Assembly: GCA_951406725.2 (NCBI GenBank)
Contig: OX597822.1
Coordinates: 8,680,001-8,744,000 of the forward strand
DNA: 64,000 bases
Source of the DNA: Octopus vulgaris
Taxonomy: Eukaryota
Direction of reading: 5' to 3'
The position numbers and the translations under genes were made by a program. The notes below the pieces were generated by a model. That model had not been told where the DNA came from. It ran no database searches and saw only the letters and a list, made by a program, of their open reading frames with translations. Shown piece by piece: positions 26,551 through 40,058 of this stretch (the first letter of the stretch is position 1; the number at the start of each line of letters is the position of its first letter).

Positions 26551-26994
26551 AGACTTATTTCCGCACAATGAGCAACTTTTGTTGCTGTATAATGCAACTG
26601 TAGAGCGGACATTCCGCTTCAGAGATGTTTTTATCGAATTCAATATGTGGCGAAGTGTATAGGGTACAATGATTAATAAACATTTTATGTTATCTATATA
26701 AGCCTTGTCTATGCTTGAAGTTAATCAGATGTCTTTACTACAATCATAGAGGATCTCACTTCTCTATTACAAGAACAAACATGCACGTTTAATTACTTAA
26801 TGAATGCTACGATTATAAAGAGAGACACGCAGAACTTCAGATGTCGCACGTCCGGTGCCCGTAGCCCATCCTTTAGAAACACGAAAATCCCACAGGATAG
26901 TCTATAAAGTGAAGAAAAATTTGTACCGTTGTTTTAGAAACTTGAAGTCCTCTATGTGAGTTTCCATAACTGTATCATTCAATATATATATGTG

Positions 26995-27260
26995 GCACTT
27001 GGTGAAGCATGGAGCTTGATATATCTACTTTCATTTGCACCTCTTGCCGTGAGGTAGGTTCATCTGGGACTCTCGACAGGAAGAGGTCCAGCTTTGATTT
27101 AAAAAACCCTACATTTACTTTGTGCTAGTTCCTCAGACTCTTTTGGAGAATATTAAAAAGCTGTGGGCCCTTGAAACCCAGGCTGTTGCAGTAACCGGTC
27201 TTGAAGCGTGATGACATGGCTGAGACCTTTGGTACTATGCAGTGTCGAGCCGTTCTGGCA
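26995..27260 (+). mobile_element. probable LINE (RTE-like) 5' UTR fragment
   Basis: GC-elevated segment with two hairpins (27018-27091) and no ORF; the assignment is by resemblance only. Confidence 0.3.
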
Positions 27261-27536
27261 TTATGAAATACATACAAATATTGTAGGCATAAACTTTTCA
27301 GTTTTTTTAAATATGTAAATCTAATATACTACTTGAGCCTTTCATCATAGATCTCAGTATCAAATATCAAAGCAACATGTTCCTTTTATAATGCCTACCA
27401 TCAAATATTTCGCACTAGAATATATTTTTGTTGTAATGTATCTTTACAGTATACTTCCATACACACACACACACACATGTAAATGTAGATATATATGCAA
27501 ATGTACATAATAGATGTACGTGTATATGAATGTATG

Positions 27537-27568
<32 letters not shown>

Positions 27569-27816
27569 AAGAGAGAGAGGAGGAAGGGAGGGGAGAGGGA
27601 GAAAGATAGACAGATACATAGATAGATAGATAGAGAGATAGATATATACATACACACGTATGTATTGATATATATTTATACTTGTATGGGTGTATCTGCA
27701 TACATATATGTCTACATACATATATGTGTATACATGTATATGTATATGTATGTGTGCGTGTGCGTGTGTGTGTGGGCGTGTGTGCATGTGCGTATGTGTG
27801 TACGTGCTTGTGCAAC

Positions 27817-27888
<72 letters not shown>
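27817..27888. repeat. (AGT)n microsatellite
   Basis: About 24 perfect units. Confidence 0.97.
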
Positions 27889-27889
<1 letters not shown>

Positions 27890-28389
27890 AAATGGAATAT
27901 AGTCTGATAGGTTGTTCCGCTAAGGAAGGACACTTTACTGATATTAAGCTGTTTATATTATTTTATACTATTATAGTTCTTAAATGTATCCAGCCATCAA
28001 GTTTGTTTGAGGAAACGTGCAAATAGAATAGAAATATAATAGAATGAATTAAACACAAGCCATTACCGAACAGGAGTCGTAACCAAACTGTATGTCCAAT
28101 GAAAGGTTATGTATAGACCTCGTATTTAATGGATAATCAGATAAATAATACTAAGCAACAGACAATTATTTGAATTTTGCAAATATTCTTATCAATTTCC
28201 AACTAGATGTCTCAAATTATATTCTTTTTATTTCCTCACTTCTTTCCCCCGTATGATGGCTAATTCGGAACGAATTCTAAATGGTATCAATGTCAGTTTA
28301 AATATTTATTCCTTATCTTGATAGTCGTTTGTATAGCAAATACTAACACTAGAACATCCTGGAAAATCTATTTGATACAAAAGAAACCA

Positions 28390-28404
28390 CTATGTATATA
28401 CACA

Positions 28405-28455
<51 letters not shown>

Positions 28456-28467
28456 TATATATATATG

Positions 28468-28503
<36 letters not shown>

Positions 28504-28591
28504 GCACATATATAACGTGTTTGTATACACACACCCACACACATATACATATATATATATATATGTGTATATATATATATAGAATATGCAA

Positions 28592-28637
<46 letters not shown>

Positions 28638-29233
28638 ATTATTATATATAGATATTTGTGTATATATGAGTGTGCCTGCGTAATTCTCTGTGCTATGCGT
28701 ATGCATGTACACATGTATGTATATATGTATTTATGTATATATGTAGGTATATATGTATATTTCGATACATATAAGTTCAAACGAAAGCACAGGGTTGTCT
28801 TAGACATTAATATTTCTTCTATATTTTTAGTCGATTTTTACTTTTATTTTTACAAGGTTTGTAGATTGGATTGGGATAAGATAATGTTAATTTTAAATTA
28901 GCATTATTGTAATGTCAATAATAATAAAATAAAAAAACACATAAATATAGCTGAATAGAACATTTATTCGCTGTAAATAATTTCGTTTTTTTTTTATGAT
29001 ACTGTAATTTTATTGAAACAAAAATCTATCGAGAAACTAAATTGCCCATATATTATTGTAATTAATGGGGAAGTAACGGCTGTTTTCCATCTTAAATCAC
29101 AGTTGAATATAATACTATATCTATTTGGAAAGGAAATGTTGGCCAATATTTCGTTAAAAAGAACTTTTATTACTTTTGGTAACTATTTATGCAATAACGA
29201 ATTCTTCAAATACTGGCAGATAACCAAGTTCTG

Positions 29234-29313
<80 letters not shown>

Positions 29314-29354
29314 CATACATATATGTATACATATGTATATATGTACATATATAC

Positions 29355-29417
<63 letters not shown>

Positions 29418-29426
29418 TATATATAT

Positions 29427-29484
<58 letters not shown>

Positions 29485-29772
29485 ATCATATACATAGTTT
29501 TAACTTGACATCCGAATCTCCATTTCTGATTACAGTCAATATTCTCATATTGAAATCTATGTTGGGGATACTGGAAACATTTCATGGAAGTTTGTTTGTA
29601 AAGCCTTACCATGTGATTATTCATATCAATTCAGATTATTCCTATTAATTCAGAGTGGTCATACCTAGTTACCTAATCACGTGAAATTCTGGATTTTTTA
29701 TTCTGATTTTGTCTTAAGATTTATCTCAACAAATTATTTATGTTCCGCTAAGCATATATACATATACATATT

Positions 29773-29831
<59 letters not shown>

Positions 29832-29858
29832 GTGTGTGTGTATGTATGTATGTATGTA

Positions 29859-29896
<38 letters not shown>

Positions 29897-29990
29897 CATA
29901 CATACATGTATGTATATATTATATATATATACATACATATATGTTATATATATATATATATATATGCATGTATATAGGTATATATATTAT
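28390..29990. repeat. cluster of (TA)n-rich compound microsatellites
   Basis: TA/TG/GA runs at 28410-28650, 29236-29490 and 29755-29965. Confidence 0.9.
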
Positions 29991-30216
29991 TTTATTCTTA
30001 TATTCGTTTCAGTCATTTGACTGCAGCCATGCTAGAGTACCTCCTTTATTCGATCAAATCTACCCTAGGAATGGTTCTTTGTAAGCCTAGTACTTATTCC
30101 ATCCGAATGTTTTGCCGAACCGCTAGGTTACGGGGGGAAAAGACACCAACATCTTTTGTCATGCTATGGCGTGGTACAAAGAAAGACACACAAACACACA
30201 CACATGCGTGTATATA

Positions 30217-30249
<33 letters not shown>

Positions 30250-30450
30250 ATATGTATGGATCTATGTATATATATGTATATCTATAAGACGGGCTTCTTT
30301 CAGTGTTTGCCTACCAAATCCACTCTCCAGGATTTGGTCGGCCGAGGGTATAGTAAATGACATTTGCCTAAGATGCCACGCAAGTGGGACAGAAACCAGA
30401 ACCACGTGATTGGTAAGCAAGCTACTTACGGCGCAGCCAGTTCTGCACCT
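29991..30450 (-). mobile_element. SINE family B, full length, diverged
   Basis: Collinear with 23553-23961, including the internal microsatellite. Confidence 0.9.
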
Positions 30451-31610
30451 ATATGTGTATGTGTGTGTGCGTGTGTATGTATGTATTATGTTTTATGTAT
30501 GTATGTATGTACGTATGTATGTATGTATGTGTGTGTGTATACAAATGTATACATGTATATGTGTTTGCATACACGATTGTCCCCTTCTGAGATCTCACTC
30601 CAGCCTCTAAATCTGATAGGCTTCCTGTATCGTTAAGTTCAATAGTAAACGTGAAAACAGTGCTGACTGTCTGACCTGCCATAACCAACAACTTAAAATA
30701 TGACCCTTTGATTCATTGAATTGTATCTATTTATTACGTTGGTAAATCAAAATCTATATCTCATTTGCTCGGTTAATGAATCTTCAGACTACACTTCTAC
30801 AATGAATTTCTTCGCTGAAACATATTGCACCCCGCTTTAAGAAAAAAGAAGTTACTCTAATATACAGGATGGTCCAAATGTCACAAAGATTTCGAAAATT
30901 TTAATGGATTTCTTTTAATTATTTTTTTTATTCGTAAATATTCAAGATGTTATTTTTCACACCTAATGTACCTAATGCTGAGGCAGCAAATATAGTTGTC
31001 TATTCTAAGAAATAACGCAAATAATATCTCGCCGGCAATAAAATAAATTAGTTTATACAAAATGTGAGTACTTTATTTATAAAAAGGCAATCGCAGCCGT
31101 TTATTTTACGAAAGGCGAAAAAAAAATTTATTCCGTTACCAATGTAGTTGATGATAATCACCATTATGATGATGATAACGATGATGATGATAACAGGAAT
31201 GTTCATACATAGAATTTTAAATTTAATGTGTCTTCTCATTTTTTTTTATTTTATAGTAAATATATTGGTAGGTATGTTTCTATAAGAATTTTTACGCTTC
31301 TTCTTTTTCTCACGTTCCTTCTCTCTCCTACTTTTTCTTTCATTTTCTCTTTTTCTACAAATATGTGCATGTGAGCACTCATGTCGAAAAGCCTAAAGGC
31401 GTATTAAACTAAGGAAGTTACCGCACATGGTGTTCCTACCTGCTAGAATTATTTGACTAATCTCCTTCACAGAATCTGTTGAAAGACAGAAAGCACATAT
31501 TCGGCAAAATAGTCACTAATATTTTGAATGAACATTCAGTGTAGTCACCGCTGGAGTGATTTTTAATCATATGACAGCTGTATATGAATTTCTCTGAAGC
31601 TAAAACAAGA

Positions 31611-31645
<35 letters not shown>

Positions 31646-33011
31646 GTTTGTATCGAATATACGTTTGAATGTTGAAAGATAGGAATTGGGTTTTCTTAAC
31701 AGACTTGAAGAAACTTCCTAAAATAATTCAGAATCATGAATATGCCATCGCTAAAAGAGATAAAGAGGATAACTGCATGATCAATACAAGCAACTAGTAA
31801 CATACATAACAGACCACCGCAAGCATTATTAGTGATGCAATTTTAGCATCTTTAACCATTCAATCACGAGGGTTTTTTTATTTTCCTGTTATTTTGAGAT
31901 AAACGTTCAAATCAATGTCGTTCTTTTTTACGTATCTAATTCACAGGGAGAGAACTACTCCATCCTCTTTTACCTCACTCTGTTCCTTTCCTTTCTTTTT
32001 CTCTCTTTCTCGTCCCTTCCTAACTCTTCAACCCTCTACTTCCAACTCTCTCCTCTCCTTCCACGTGGCCGGTGTTCCACCAAGCCTGTCCTTTCTTTCT
32101 TGGTTCGACTACCATGCGTGTAGCATCTCTTATATTCCTTCCAATGATTTTCATCTCTTAAGTTCCTGCCGTAATGCTTCGCTTCTACACACGTCAGCTT
32201 AATTCCATTCGTCCTTAGTCGAAAGACACCTGTTGTTTGTATTTGTAACTGTGTACCATTTCTACATGTTTTGTGTCCTTATTTTCGTATACATCTGCTT
32301 GCTTACTTCCAAAGAATCAAGTGCTCTTAGCTTAGATTTTCTTGGGGTCGGACAGATTGGCGCAGTCTCGATTGTAACTGGACGAAATTGCAACTTTGTT
32401 CTCGACTGACGATTGAAAGCTCCGAATGACCCGTCCTTCTTTGTTACTGGCCTGCTTTGTATCGCCTAACTGTCCGGGCGTTTTGTTGTTGCCTGTTACG
32501 TTCTTGTTCCATTTTTTGTTTTGTTTATATATATAATAGAGAGAGGTGGAGCGAAAGAGAGAGACTGACAGATAAACAGAAATACAGACAGGGAGGAAGG
32601 AAAACGGGCAGATAGATTAATAGATAGATGGATAGACATAGAGTGTACACCTGAAATTTGACACTTTTCACAAAAAAGCAAACAAAATCCCTTCCACAAA
32701 AAGGTATTTTTAAAAAATTCATTTTTATCAACTACACTACGGGTGGGAAGAAATTGGTTTACTCAAACTAGCCTCTCCCAGCTTCTACATTTTCCACGGT
32801 CACAAAACTGATCTGGAACCAGATGTATGCATTCCTCACTGCGTCCCTGGGAAGAGCTGTCAAAGCAGGTGGTGAACTTCATATTCAAGGGTACGATGAA
32901 GCTATACAATTATCCGGGTACTCGACTGATAATCAACCACATCTTATAGCAGAAATTGCCTTTAGTTAAATCAGTTCATGACATAACCGACCGACAGGAG
33001 GCGTTTTGCTC

Positions 33012-33052
<41 letters not shown>

Positions 33053-33056
<4 letters not shown>

Positions 33057-33320
33057 ATCACATCACATCACATGACCGACCAGGCTATCAGATGTTGCGT
33101 TCGCATTGTTTTAGCCTTCGAATGACGCCACCCCGCTGGCTAAGCGAGCAGGCCAACAGAAAAAAGGGTGAGAGAAAGAGTACAGAAGGGATCACCCCAC
33201 CCCTGCCGGAGCTGCGTGTTTTCGCTCAATAAACACACACAACGCCCGGTCTGGGAATCGAAACCACGATCCTACGACCGCGAGTTCGCTGCCCTAACCA
33301 CTAGGCCATTGCGCCTCCAC
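33053..33320 (-). mobile_element. SINE family A' (same tRNA head as family A, different tail ending in (TGATG)n)
   Basis: Minus strand GTGGAGGCGCAATGGCCTAGTGGTTAGGGCAGCGAACTCGCGGTCGTAGGATCGTGGTTTCGATTCCC; tail CTGATAGCCTGGTCGGTCATGTGATGTGATG; flanked by (TA)n on both sides. Confidence 0.88.
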
Positions 33321-33321
33321 T

Positions 33322-33396
<75 letters not shown>

Positions 33397-34297
33397 CAAA
33401 GCCTAACGGTGTGAATTTTCTACATTTTCCAATTTAATCGGAACGTACAACATCTGAAGCATATTTGTAGAAAAGAAATAATTAATTTTCTCAAGGTTAT
33501 GAAGAAGCAAATCTTTGGAGTACAATTCTGTAGATATGCAGAAATATTTATATATATACAAGGATGCATACAAAACTAACTCAGTAAAAATGTATGTGTG
33601 TGTGTATGTATATATTTGTGTGTTTCTGTATGCATTTATACATGTATGTGTATAGGTTTCAGAAGTTATTTCAATAATGGAGTAAAAGTCATTTATGATA
33701 GGAGATTTCGCAAAAATCTATTTCCTTAATGTTTAACTACTGTTTCTGGCATACATATTTACGCAATTTTGATTTTTAAGTATTTAAAAAATTATTTGGA
33801 AATTATAAATAGAAACGAATGGTAGATTTGGACTGTCCGTATATTAAATCCACGAATTAAAAAAATAAACTTTGTTTCTGTCAAATCTTTCTCTGCAAAA
33901 GTTCATGGCTTCATAGGAATAAGCGTGGAAAACTGTATCAAGGTATCCAATTTTCAGAAACTTTACTTCCTTTTAAAAAATGCAGATTTTGTGAATGAAA
34001 CGAACTAAATCCTGAATAAGAAATGAATGATTTAATAAGACAAATTTTCAGATCTTTTTACATCGTTTTAAAAGGGTGGAGTGATTTTGTAACTCAAACT
34101 AACTAGTTCCAAGTACAGTGAATACCATCTTTCACGATTTGCTACTAATATGAAGTACGTATGTATTTCAACAATTTCTATCAAATACATTCTCTTTCTT
34201 GAGCCTAAAAAATCCACTTCCTGAGTGACAATAACTTATATGTCAGATTGTTGCACAAGTTCTAGCTGTTTTGATAAGGGAGATCGGAAATGTTTAA

Positions 34298-34517
34298 CCC
34301 TTTAGCTTTCAGATTCCTCTGTCAAATGTAAAGCCTGTTTAATCACATTGTTTTAAATTAATTGTGCAGCATCTTGTAACTCTGAAATTTTGATGATGTC
34401 CCTGTTTATTTTTAGAATGGCTTTGTAGGGTAGGTGTGAGAGGTCAGAGCTGGCTGGTTTGAGCATAAAACAGGAAGACAATTTTGGCCTGGTATGGCCG
34501 GTTTAAACACTAAAGGG
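34298..34517. mobile_element. piggyBac-type non-autonomous element (MITE)
   Basis: TTAA|CCCTTTAG ... CTAAAGGG|TTAA: TTAA TSDs at 34294-34297 and 34518-34521 with CCC/GGG termini. Confidence 0.85.
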
Positions 34518-34759
34518 TTAAATGATTTCATCAGCATTTACTTGTATCAAAGGGCACTCTTTCGAGAGACAACACTTTGATCTCATATGCGTCGGGTGGT
34601 GGAAATAAACGCAATTACCAAACTTTCAATTCATTATTTCGTTTTTTGTTTTGTTATGTTATTTTTTTGTTTTTTTGCATTTCAATTTGTACAAGCGCAC
34701 ATGTAATACGACGTCCTTTATTTTTTAAACGTTATCCGCTGATATCAAAATAAATAGTA

Positions 34760-34927
34760 TACTCTTTTACTCTTTTACTTGTCGAGCAAATCGACCCCGG
34801 GACTTATTCTTTGTAAGCCCAGTACTTATTCTATCGGTCGCTTTTGCCGAACCGCTAAGTGACGGCGACGTAAACACACCAGCATCGGTTGTCAAGCAAT
34901 GCTAGGGGGACAAACACAGACACGCAA

Positions 34928-34960
<33 letters not shown>

Positions 34961-35132
34961 CATATATACGACAGGCATCTTTCAGTTTCCGTCTACCAAA
35001 TCCACTCACAAGGCTTTGGTCGGTCCGGGGCTATAGTATAAAACACTTGCCCAAGTTGCCACGCAGTGGGACTGAACCCGGAACCATGTGGTTGCTTAGC
35101 AAGCTACTTACCACACAGCCACTCCTACGCCT
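34760..35132 (-). mobile_element. SINE family B copy with a ~40-bp deletion near the tail
   Basis: Collinear with 23553-23961; tail (GAGTAAAA)n. Confidence 0.92.
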
Positions 35133-35218
35133 ATATTGAAAAATAAATAAAAATTTCCTAATGGCGCCCTTTGTGACTCCAAAATTGATTGAGAACCTTT
35201 GTTCTAACTCATGTCCAT

Positions 35219-35264
35219 TGTCCGGAAATATTTCGTCATACATCTGTGACCTCTTCAGCGACAC
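35219..35264 (-). ncRNA. minimal type-I hammerhead ribozyme with an extra G after A9
   Basis: Minus strand: GTGTCG CTGAAGA G GTCAC agatgt ATGAC GAAA TATT TC CGGACA. Intact core, 4-bp stem II, bulged stem I. Confidence 0.7.
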
Positions 35265-35345
35265 TTTTGATCCTCATGTGTGTTCTTGTTCCACTTAGTC
35301 CATTCTCTGTGCTAAGCGGAGCAAGAGCACACACGAGAACGAAAA

Positions 35346-35391
35346 GTGTCGCTAAAGATGTCATAGATGTGAGACGAAAGGCTTCCAGACA
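35346..35391 (+). ncRNA. decayed hammerhead copy (G5A)
   Basis: GTGTCG CTAAAGA T GTCAT agatgt GAGAC GAAA GGCT TC CAGACA; inverted paralogue of 35219-35264. Confidence 0.55.
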
Positions 35392-35640
35392 ATGGACATG
35401 AGTTAGTATAAGAACAGTAATAAACGAGTGAAGAATGAAGATATATAGTGCATTTGTTTATTTGGCCAAAAAAGTGACCATCCCGAAATAATATATATAT
35501 ATGTATGTGTGTGTGTGTGTGTGCGTGTATCGTGTATGTGTATGCGTGTATGTGTGTGTGTGCGTATCTATGTATCAATGTATGTAGGTGTCTATTCGGG
35601 CACTGATACCGCGATTAGTCAGCGGGATGAGGAGCCAAAA

Positions 35641-35765
35641 ACAGGGCGAAATCACGTGATCTGCTAGTTCCGGAGGCTGTAGCAGACCACTCTCGTCTGC
35701 GAATCATATAAATATTAGTGTTTTATACACCTCGAGTACATAAGTGAGATCTTCTCTAAATAAAT
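35641..35765 (+). repeat. unclassified dispersed repeat, paralogous to 46873-46995
   Basis: CAGGGCGAAATCACGTGATCTGCTAGTTCCGGAGGCTGTAGCAGAC vs CAGGGTGAAACCACGTGATCTGGTAGTTTTGGAGGCCATAGCAGAC. Confidence 0.75.
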
Positions 35766-36117
35766 AATGGTGTTATGAAAAAACAAAACAAAAAAAAAAC
35801 ATCTGCGTTACGTTAGACATAATGACTGCTTTTTTGTTCTTAATACTGCTTCTGTAGCTATTTACTAAGTTAGAAACAAACTGAATGCTAATATAGCACA
35901 ATGTTGGCTAAATTTCCTTGAAACAGTTGACCAAGTTCTTCCACGGAGCAGAAACGGGGCCTGAATTCTTGCAGCAGTCTTTGGTTCCGCTAAAGTTTAC
36001 CAAGAGTCAGCTGGTGGTGCTAAAAGAAATAATGGTTTATATTTTACTGCAGAGTCACTTGAAAGTAAAACTGTCAACAGCTATTCAGCCTGATATATTT
36101 TATTTTAAAATTTGTCC

Positions 36118-36300
36118 TTTATCTTTTATCTTTTAACCTTGTAATTGTTCCAGTCACTAGAATACCGTTATGCTGGGACACCGCCTTGAGGAATTCTTAG
36201 TCAAAGAAATCAACAACAGTACTCTTTTGAAAGCCTGCCACTTATTCTATCGTTATCTCTTGTCGAAACGCTAAGTTACGGGAAATAAACAAATTCACGT
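36118..36300 (-). mobile_element. SINE family B 3' half, degraded
   Basis: ATGCTGGGACACCGCC...CTTATTCTATCG...GCTAAGTTACGGG match the family B tail region. Confidence 0.7.
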
Positions 36301-37910
36301 TTTTGGTAGAACAATTTAGACAGCCATAGCAGTCCAAGCGGATACTGAACAATAAATATTTCTACCAGACGTAGCATCTACCAGCATCTAACGTAACAGT
36401 CACCTTACATTGGAGTATTATTTTCCTAGGCATAGCACCTTTATCTCTATCTTGTCGGAGGAAGGCGGAATTCCGGAGAGCGCGGAGGCCCATAGTTCTC
36501 GTCATTGATTCATTACGTAGCGAATGGCGTACTACACATTTATGAGAGGAAGGACTAACCGGACAAAGGAAAATCCGTCACAACACATGCCATATCAGAG
36601 TATAGTTTTCCCCATTCAAATAGAAATAATGATTAATCCGGCTACATACCTATCGTCGCTGTGATAAAGGTCAATAGGTTCAAACTGTGCCGGAAACGTC
36701 GCAGTTGGGGCCCCTTTTTATAACAGTCTTAGCTCGAGGTGGCAAATGAACACCAAGTGATTAAGGACAAACTGAATATGTGAAATCCTGCCCTCTCTAC
36801 ATCAGCATCAATGTGGCATTCACTTGTTTCGTAGATCTTGAGATGGAGGTAAAGAGCAAATGCAATGTTTCTGTATACATGGTTGACAGGTTTGAGTGTA
36901 AGCTTGCCATTTTTCAGGGAGTTTCCATTGCTGAACTGCAAGATAGCGCGCATTATGATGAATAACTCTATGTGTTGACCGAAATACATGTGATAATATC
37001 CCAGTCGTTAGATTAGTTAAATTCTTGAGTGTGAGGCCATCTTCAAAAAAATCGGTCCAACATACCTCAAGTTCTTAGTCTAAACTTGGATCGCATTGGC
37101 CACGAAGAAAGTCATGGAGTAGAGCAGAACAGGTGATGTTAAAAAAAATATAGAGTACTCGAATGTTGAATTATGGTGGGGTCACTGAGTCTTAGAAATA
37201 ATGTTGCAGATGTAATCTGTGCAAGAAAAAATACTTAATTTTAAGTTGCCAGACTCACGATTTTTCGACGTACACCTCAGGAACAATTATAACTTCAGAG
37301 TTGTATACTACTCTTTTGACAGAATGAATGCTGGTAGTAAGGTAATCTAGCGAAATCCTTTGGTTATTCTACCAGTTGCTCTTCCTTCATTTACATGTAC
37401 ACTTGAATGGCTTTCAAGTGAACCGTTCAATCATCAATATACACGACGTGCTTTGAGAACAATTGCATCTCGGTCAGGAAAGCGAATGAAACGAATAACG
37501 TGGTGAATTTGGCTTTCTTCACAATACACATTCACATCGTGTCACAGGAAAGGGATGAAATAATGTTGCACAAATGGGTACGAGGGTTTTGACAGGCCAT
37601 TGCATCGATATATCGCATAACCCGGCTTGGAAAGTTTAGATGGTGCACCAATACATTTAGAACAATTCATGAACATCTAACACTTGATGAAGTAATGAAA
37701 GTGAGCAGCTTTACTGGAAATCTTTACCAACACTGCATTGCCAAGAAGAATGAGTATGAAAGGGACTAACTCTTACCAACCTCTTGGGCATGCTAAGCTT
37801 TTTACTACATGAAAGTTTTTCCCACATGTTCAATTTTACGTAGAGCAAGATTAGAAACTATAAGGCTAATGGCATTTCAGATCTAAGCAGTATAAGTTAT
37901 TCTTCCTGGG

Positions 37911-37961
<51 letters not shown>

Positions 37962-38600
37962 CTCTGTGTGTGTGTGTATGTGTAAGCGTGCGCACGTATA
38001 TTCCTAATACTCTTCATAAATCATTAATTTCTTAATTAACTGTTTCATTATGTAATTATTGATGTAATTACATCATTATTGTCACTGCTGATCTCAGCAA
38101 CCTTGCAGGCATTCACAGAGATCGATGATTGTGCAATCATGAAACAGTAAGTGTCATCTACTTTGAGTTATTCAAATATACTTACTGAACAAAGATGACA
38201 ATGAAAAATGAAAATGTTATTATGGGCAACAAAGATATTGAAGTCTTGTTCGAACAGCTGCTATTGACGTATGTATTTACATAATAATGAAGTGAACTAA
38301 AGTACTGACGAATACTGCTTGTCTGATGTCCAAACTTGGGTTTCTTCGCTAGATAAAAATCCGCATTTCCACTGCACACCCATACACCCACATACGCATA
38401 AATAAAGAGAGAGAAAATATATTACACATACATACGTACACAGAGAGACAAATAGACAAACAAACAGACAGAAGGTAGGTAGAGCTTGGAACAAATAAAG
38501 TGAAGCAGAATTGAGTACGCGAGTTCTGTTTCCCTTAGTCTCTGCCTTCTACTTTTCATCGCCAAACAGTTACTAGATTAGTGGTAGAATGACCCACGTA

Positions 38601-39865
38601 TTGGCCCGTCCCATGAATAATGCGGTTTTTTAATTGCATGAACTAGAAATCGGAGGGAGCGGGATAAAGTACATTTATCAACTTGCTATAAAAGCAAGTA
38701 GTAATTTTACCTTGGGCAAGTTTTGAAGAGGGTAATCCTATTTTAATAGTTATTTTATCAAAGCTACAATGGAAGTGACAAAGAACCATATTCGACATAT
38801 TTTGCTTAATGAGTTCAATAAAAGTAACAATGCAACGGCAAGTGCGAGGAATATTAATGCAGTATATGAGGATCGGACAATAAGCGTAAGCCAGTGTCAA
38901 CGGTGGTTCCAGAAATTCCGAGTCAGAAATTACAGCCTAGAAGACGGGCCTCGTCCTGGAAGATCTGTAGAGCTTGACGAGGACGTACTGCAAACCCTGG
39001 TGAAACAAAATCACATGGCAACTAATGAGGAGCTAGAAGACGAGCTTGGAGTTGGTCATTCAACCATTTATCGATACTTGCGTGCCATCGGAAAAGTCAG
39101 CAAATTAGGTCAATGGATTCCTTACAAACTTGCCGAGTCTAATTGCACACAGGGAATGAATATGTTCTGTTCTTTGCTGTCACGTCTCACCACTGAACCT
39201 TTTTTGAACCGAATAGGGACTGATTACGAGAAATAGGTTCTCTATAAAAGCGTCAAGCGCTGAAGACAGTGGGTAGGGAAAAGAGAGACACCGGCAATCC
39301 AAGCTAAAGAAAGTTTTCATCCTCGTATGATATTGTTATCTGTTTGGTGGCTTAGTTCCCTTTGAAATTTTAAACCTAAACCAAACGATAACAAATGGGG
39401 TCTACTGTAAGCAGCTTGAGCGACAAAAATCAGCGCTAGAATAAAAAACGACTATGTTTGGTTTCAAGACGAAAGGTGTTCTTCCATCAGTTAATGCTCG
39501 ACTACATACAGCAAGCATGTCATTCAAAAGGCTGGAGCAGTTTGGATGGGAAACAATGCCCCACCCATCATACTCGCTGGACGTTGCCCCATCTGGTTAT
39601 CAGTTATTCCGCAGTCTTCGAAATCATCTGGACGGAAAAAAAAAATGAATTTTGTAGACGATGTCAGAACAGTACTGGAGGAGTATTTTTCGTCATGGAC
39701 AAATTAATTTTGGAAGAAGGGCCTTGCAAGCCTATCAGACAGATGGACGAGCATTGTAGAAAATGAAGGAGAGTATATTTTAGGTGAAAAAAATATTTTA
39801 TTTATCTTATCATTGGAAAATAAGGAAGTATTTAAAAAAAGCCCATTATTTATGAGATGACCCAA
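38601..39865 (+). mobile_element. full-length mariner transposon (about 1265 bp)
   Basis: TA TSDs at 38599-38600 and 39866-39867. Imperfect TIRs TTGGCCCGTCCCATGAATAATGCGGTTTTTT and (reverse complement) TTGGGTCATCTCATAAATAATGGGCTTTTTT. Confidence 0.95.
38769..39790 (+). pseudogene. mariner DD34D transposase pseudogene
   Basis: N-terminal HTH (HIRHILLNEF...CQRWFQKF...PRPGRS), WIPYKL (WVPHEL), TDYEK* (TGDEKW with a stop at 39234), HPSYSLDVAPSGYQLF (YSPDLAPSDY). Several stops and frameshifts. Confidence 0.95.
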
Positions 39866-40000
39866 TATTTCACGTTATCTCAATTTTGGTAAGTTCCACG
39901 CACAAAATCGTTGATCTCTGAATCACAATTATGTACACACACGTACAGACACACATACATTTATATATATACATATATACATAAATATATATACATATAT

Positions 40001-40054
<54 letters not shown>

Positions 40055-40058
<4 letters not shown>

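Larger units (their letters stand above)
35204..35490. mobile_element. inverted pair of PLE terminal repeats (pLTR fragments)
   Basis: Imperfect palindrome 35204-35406 with arms of about 95 bp. The right flank (ATATATAGTGC...TTGGC...TGACCATCCCGAAATA) is homologous to the PLE 3' end at 51609-51665. Confidence 0.8.

Noticed and set aside
32401-32426. CTGACGA-TT-GAAA-GC-TC motif
   Set aside because: No stem II and stem I does not register; cannot be called a hammerhead from this copy.
36400-37860. Relatively GC-balanced non-repetitive stretch with short ORFs
   Set aside because: The frames I translated by hand gave no recognisable motif and frequent stops; it may be old TE debris but cannot be assigned without BLASTX.
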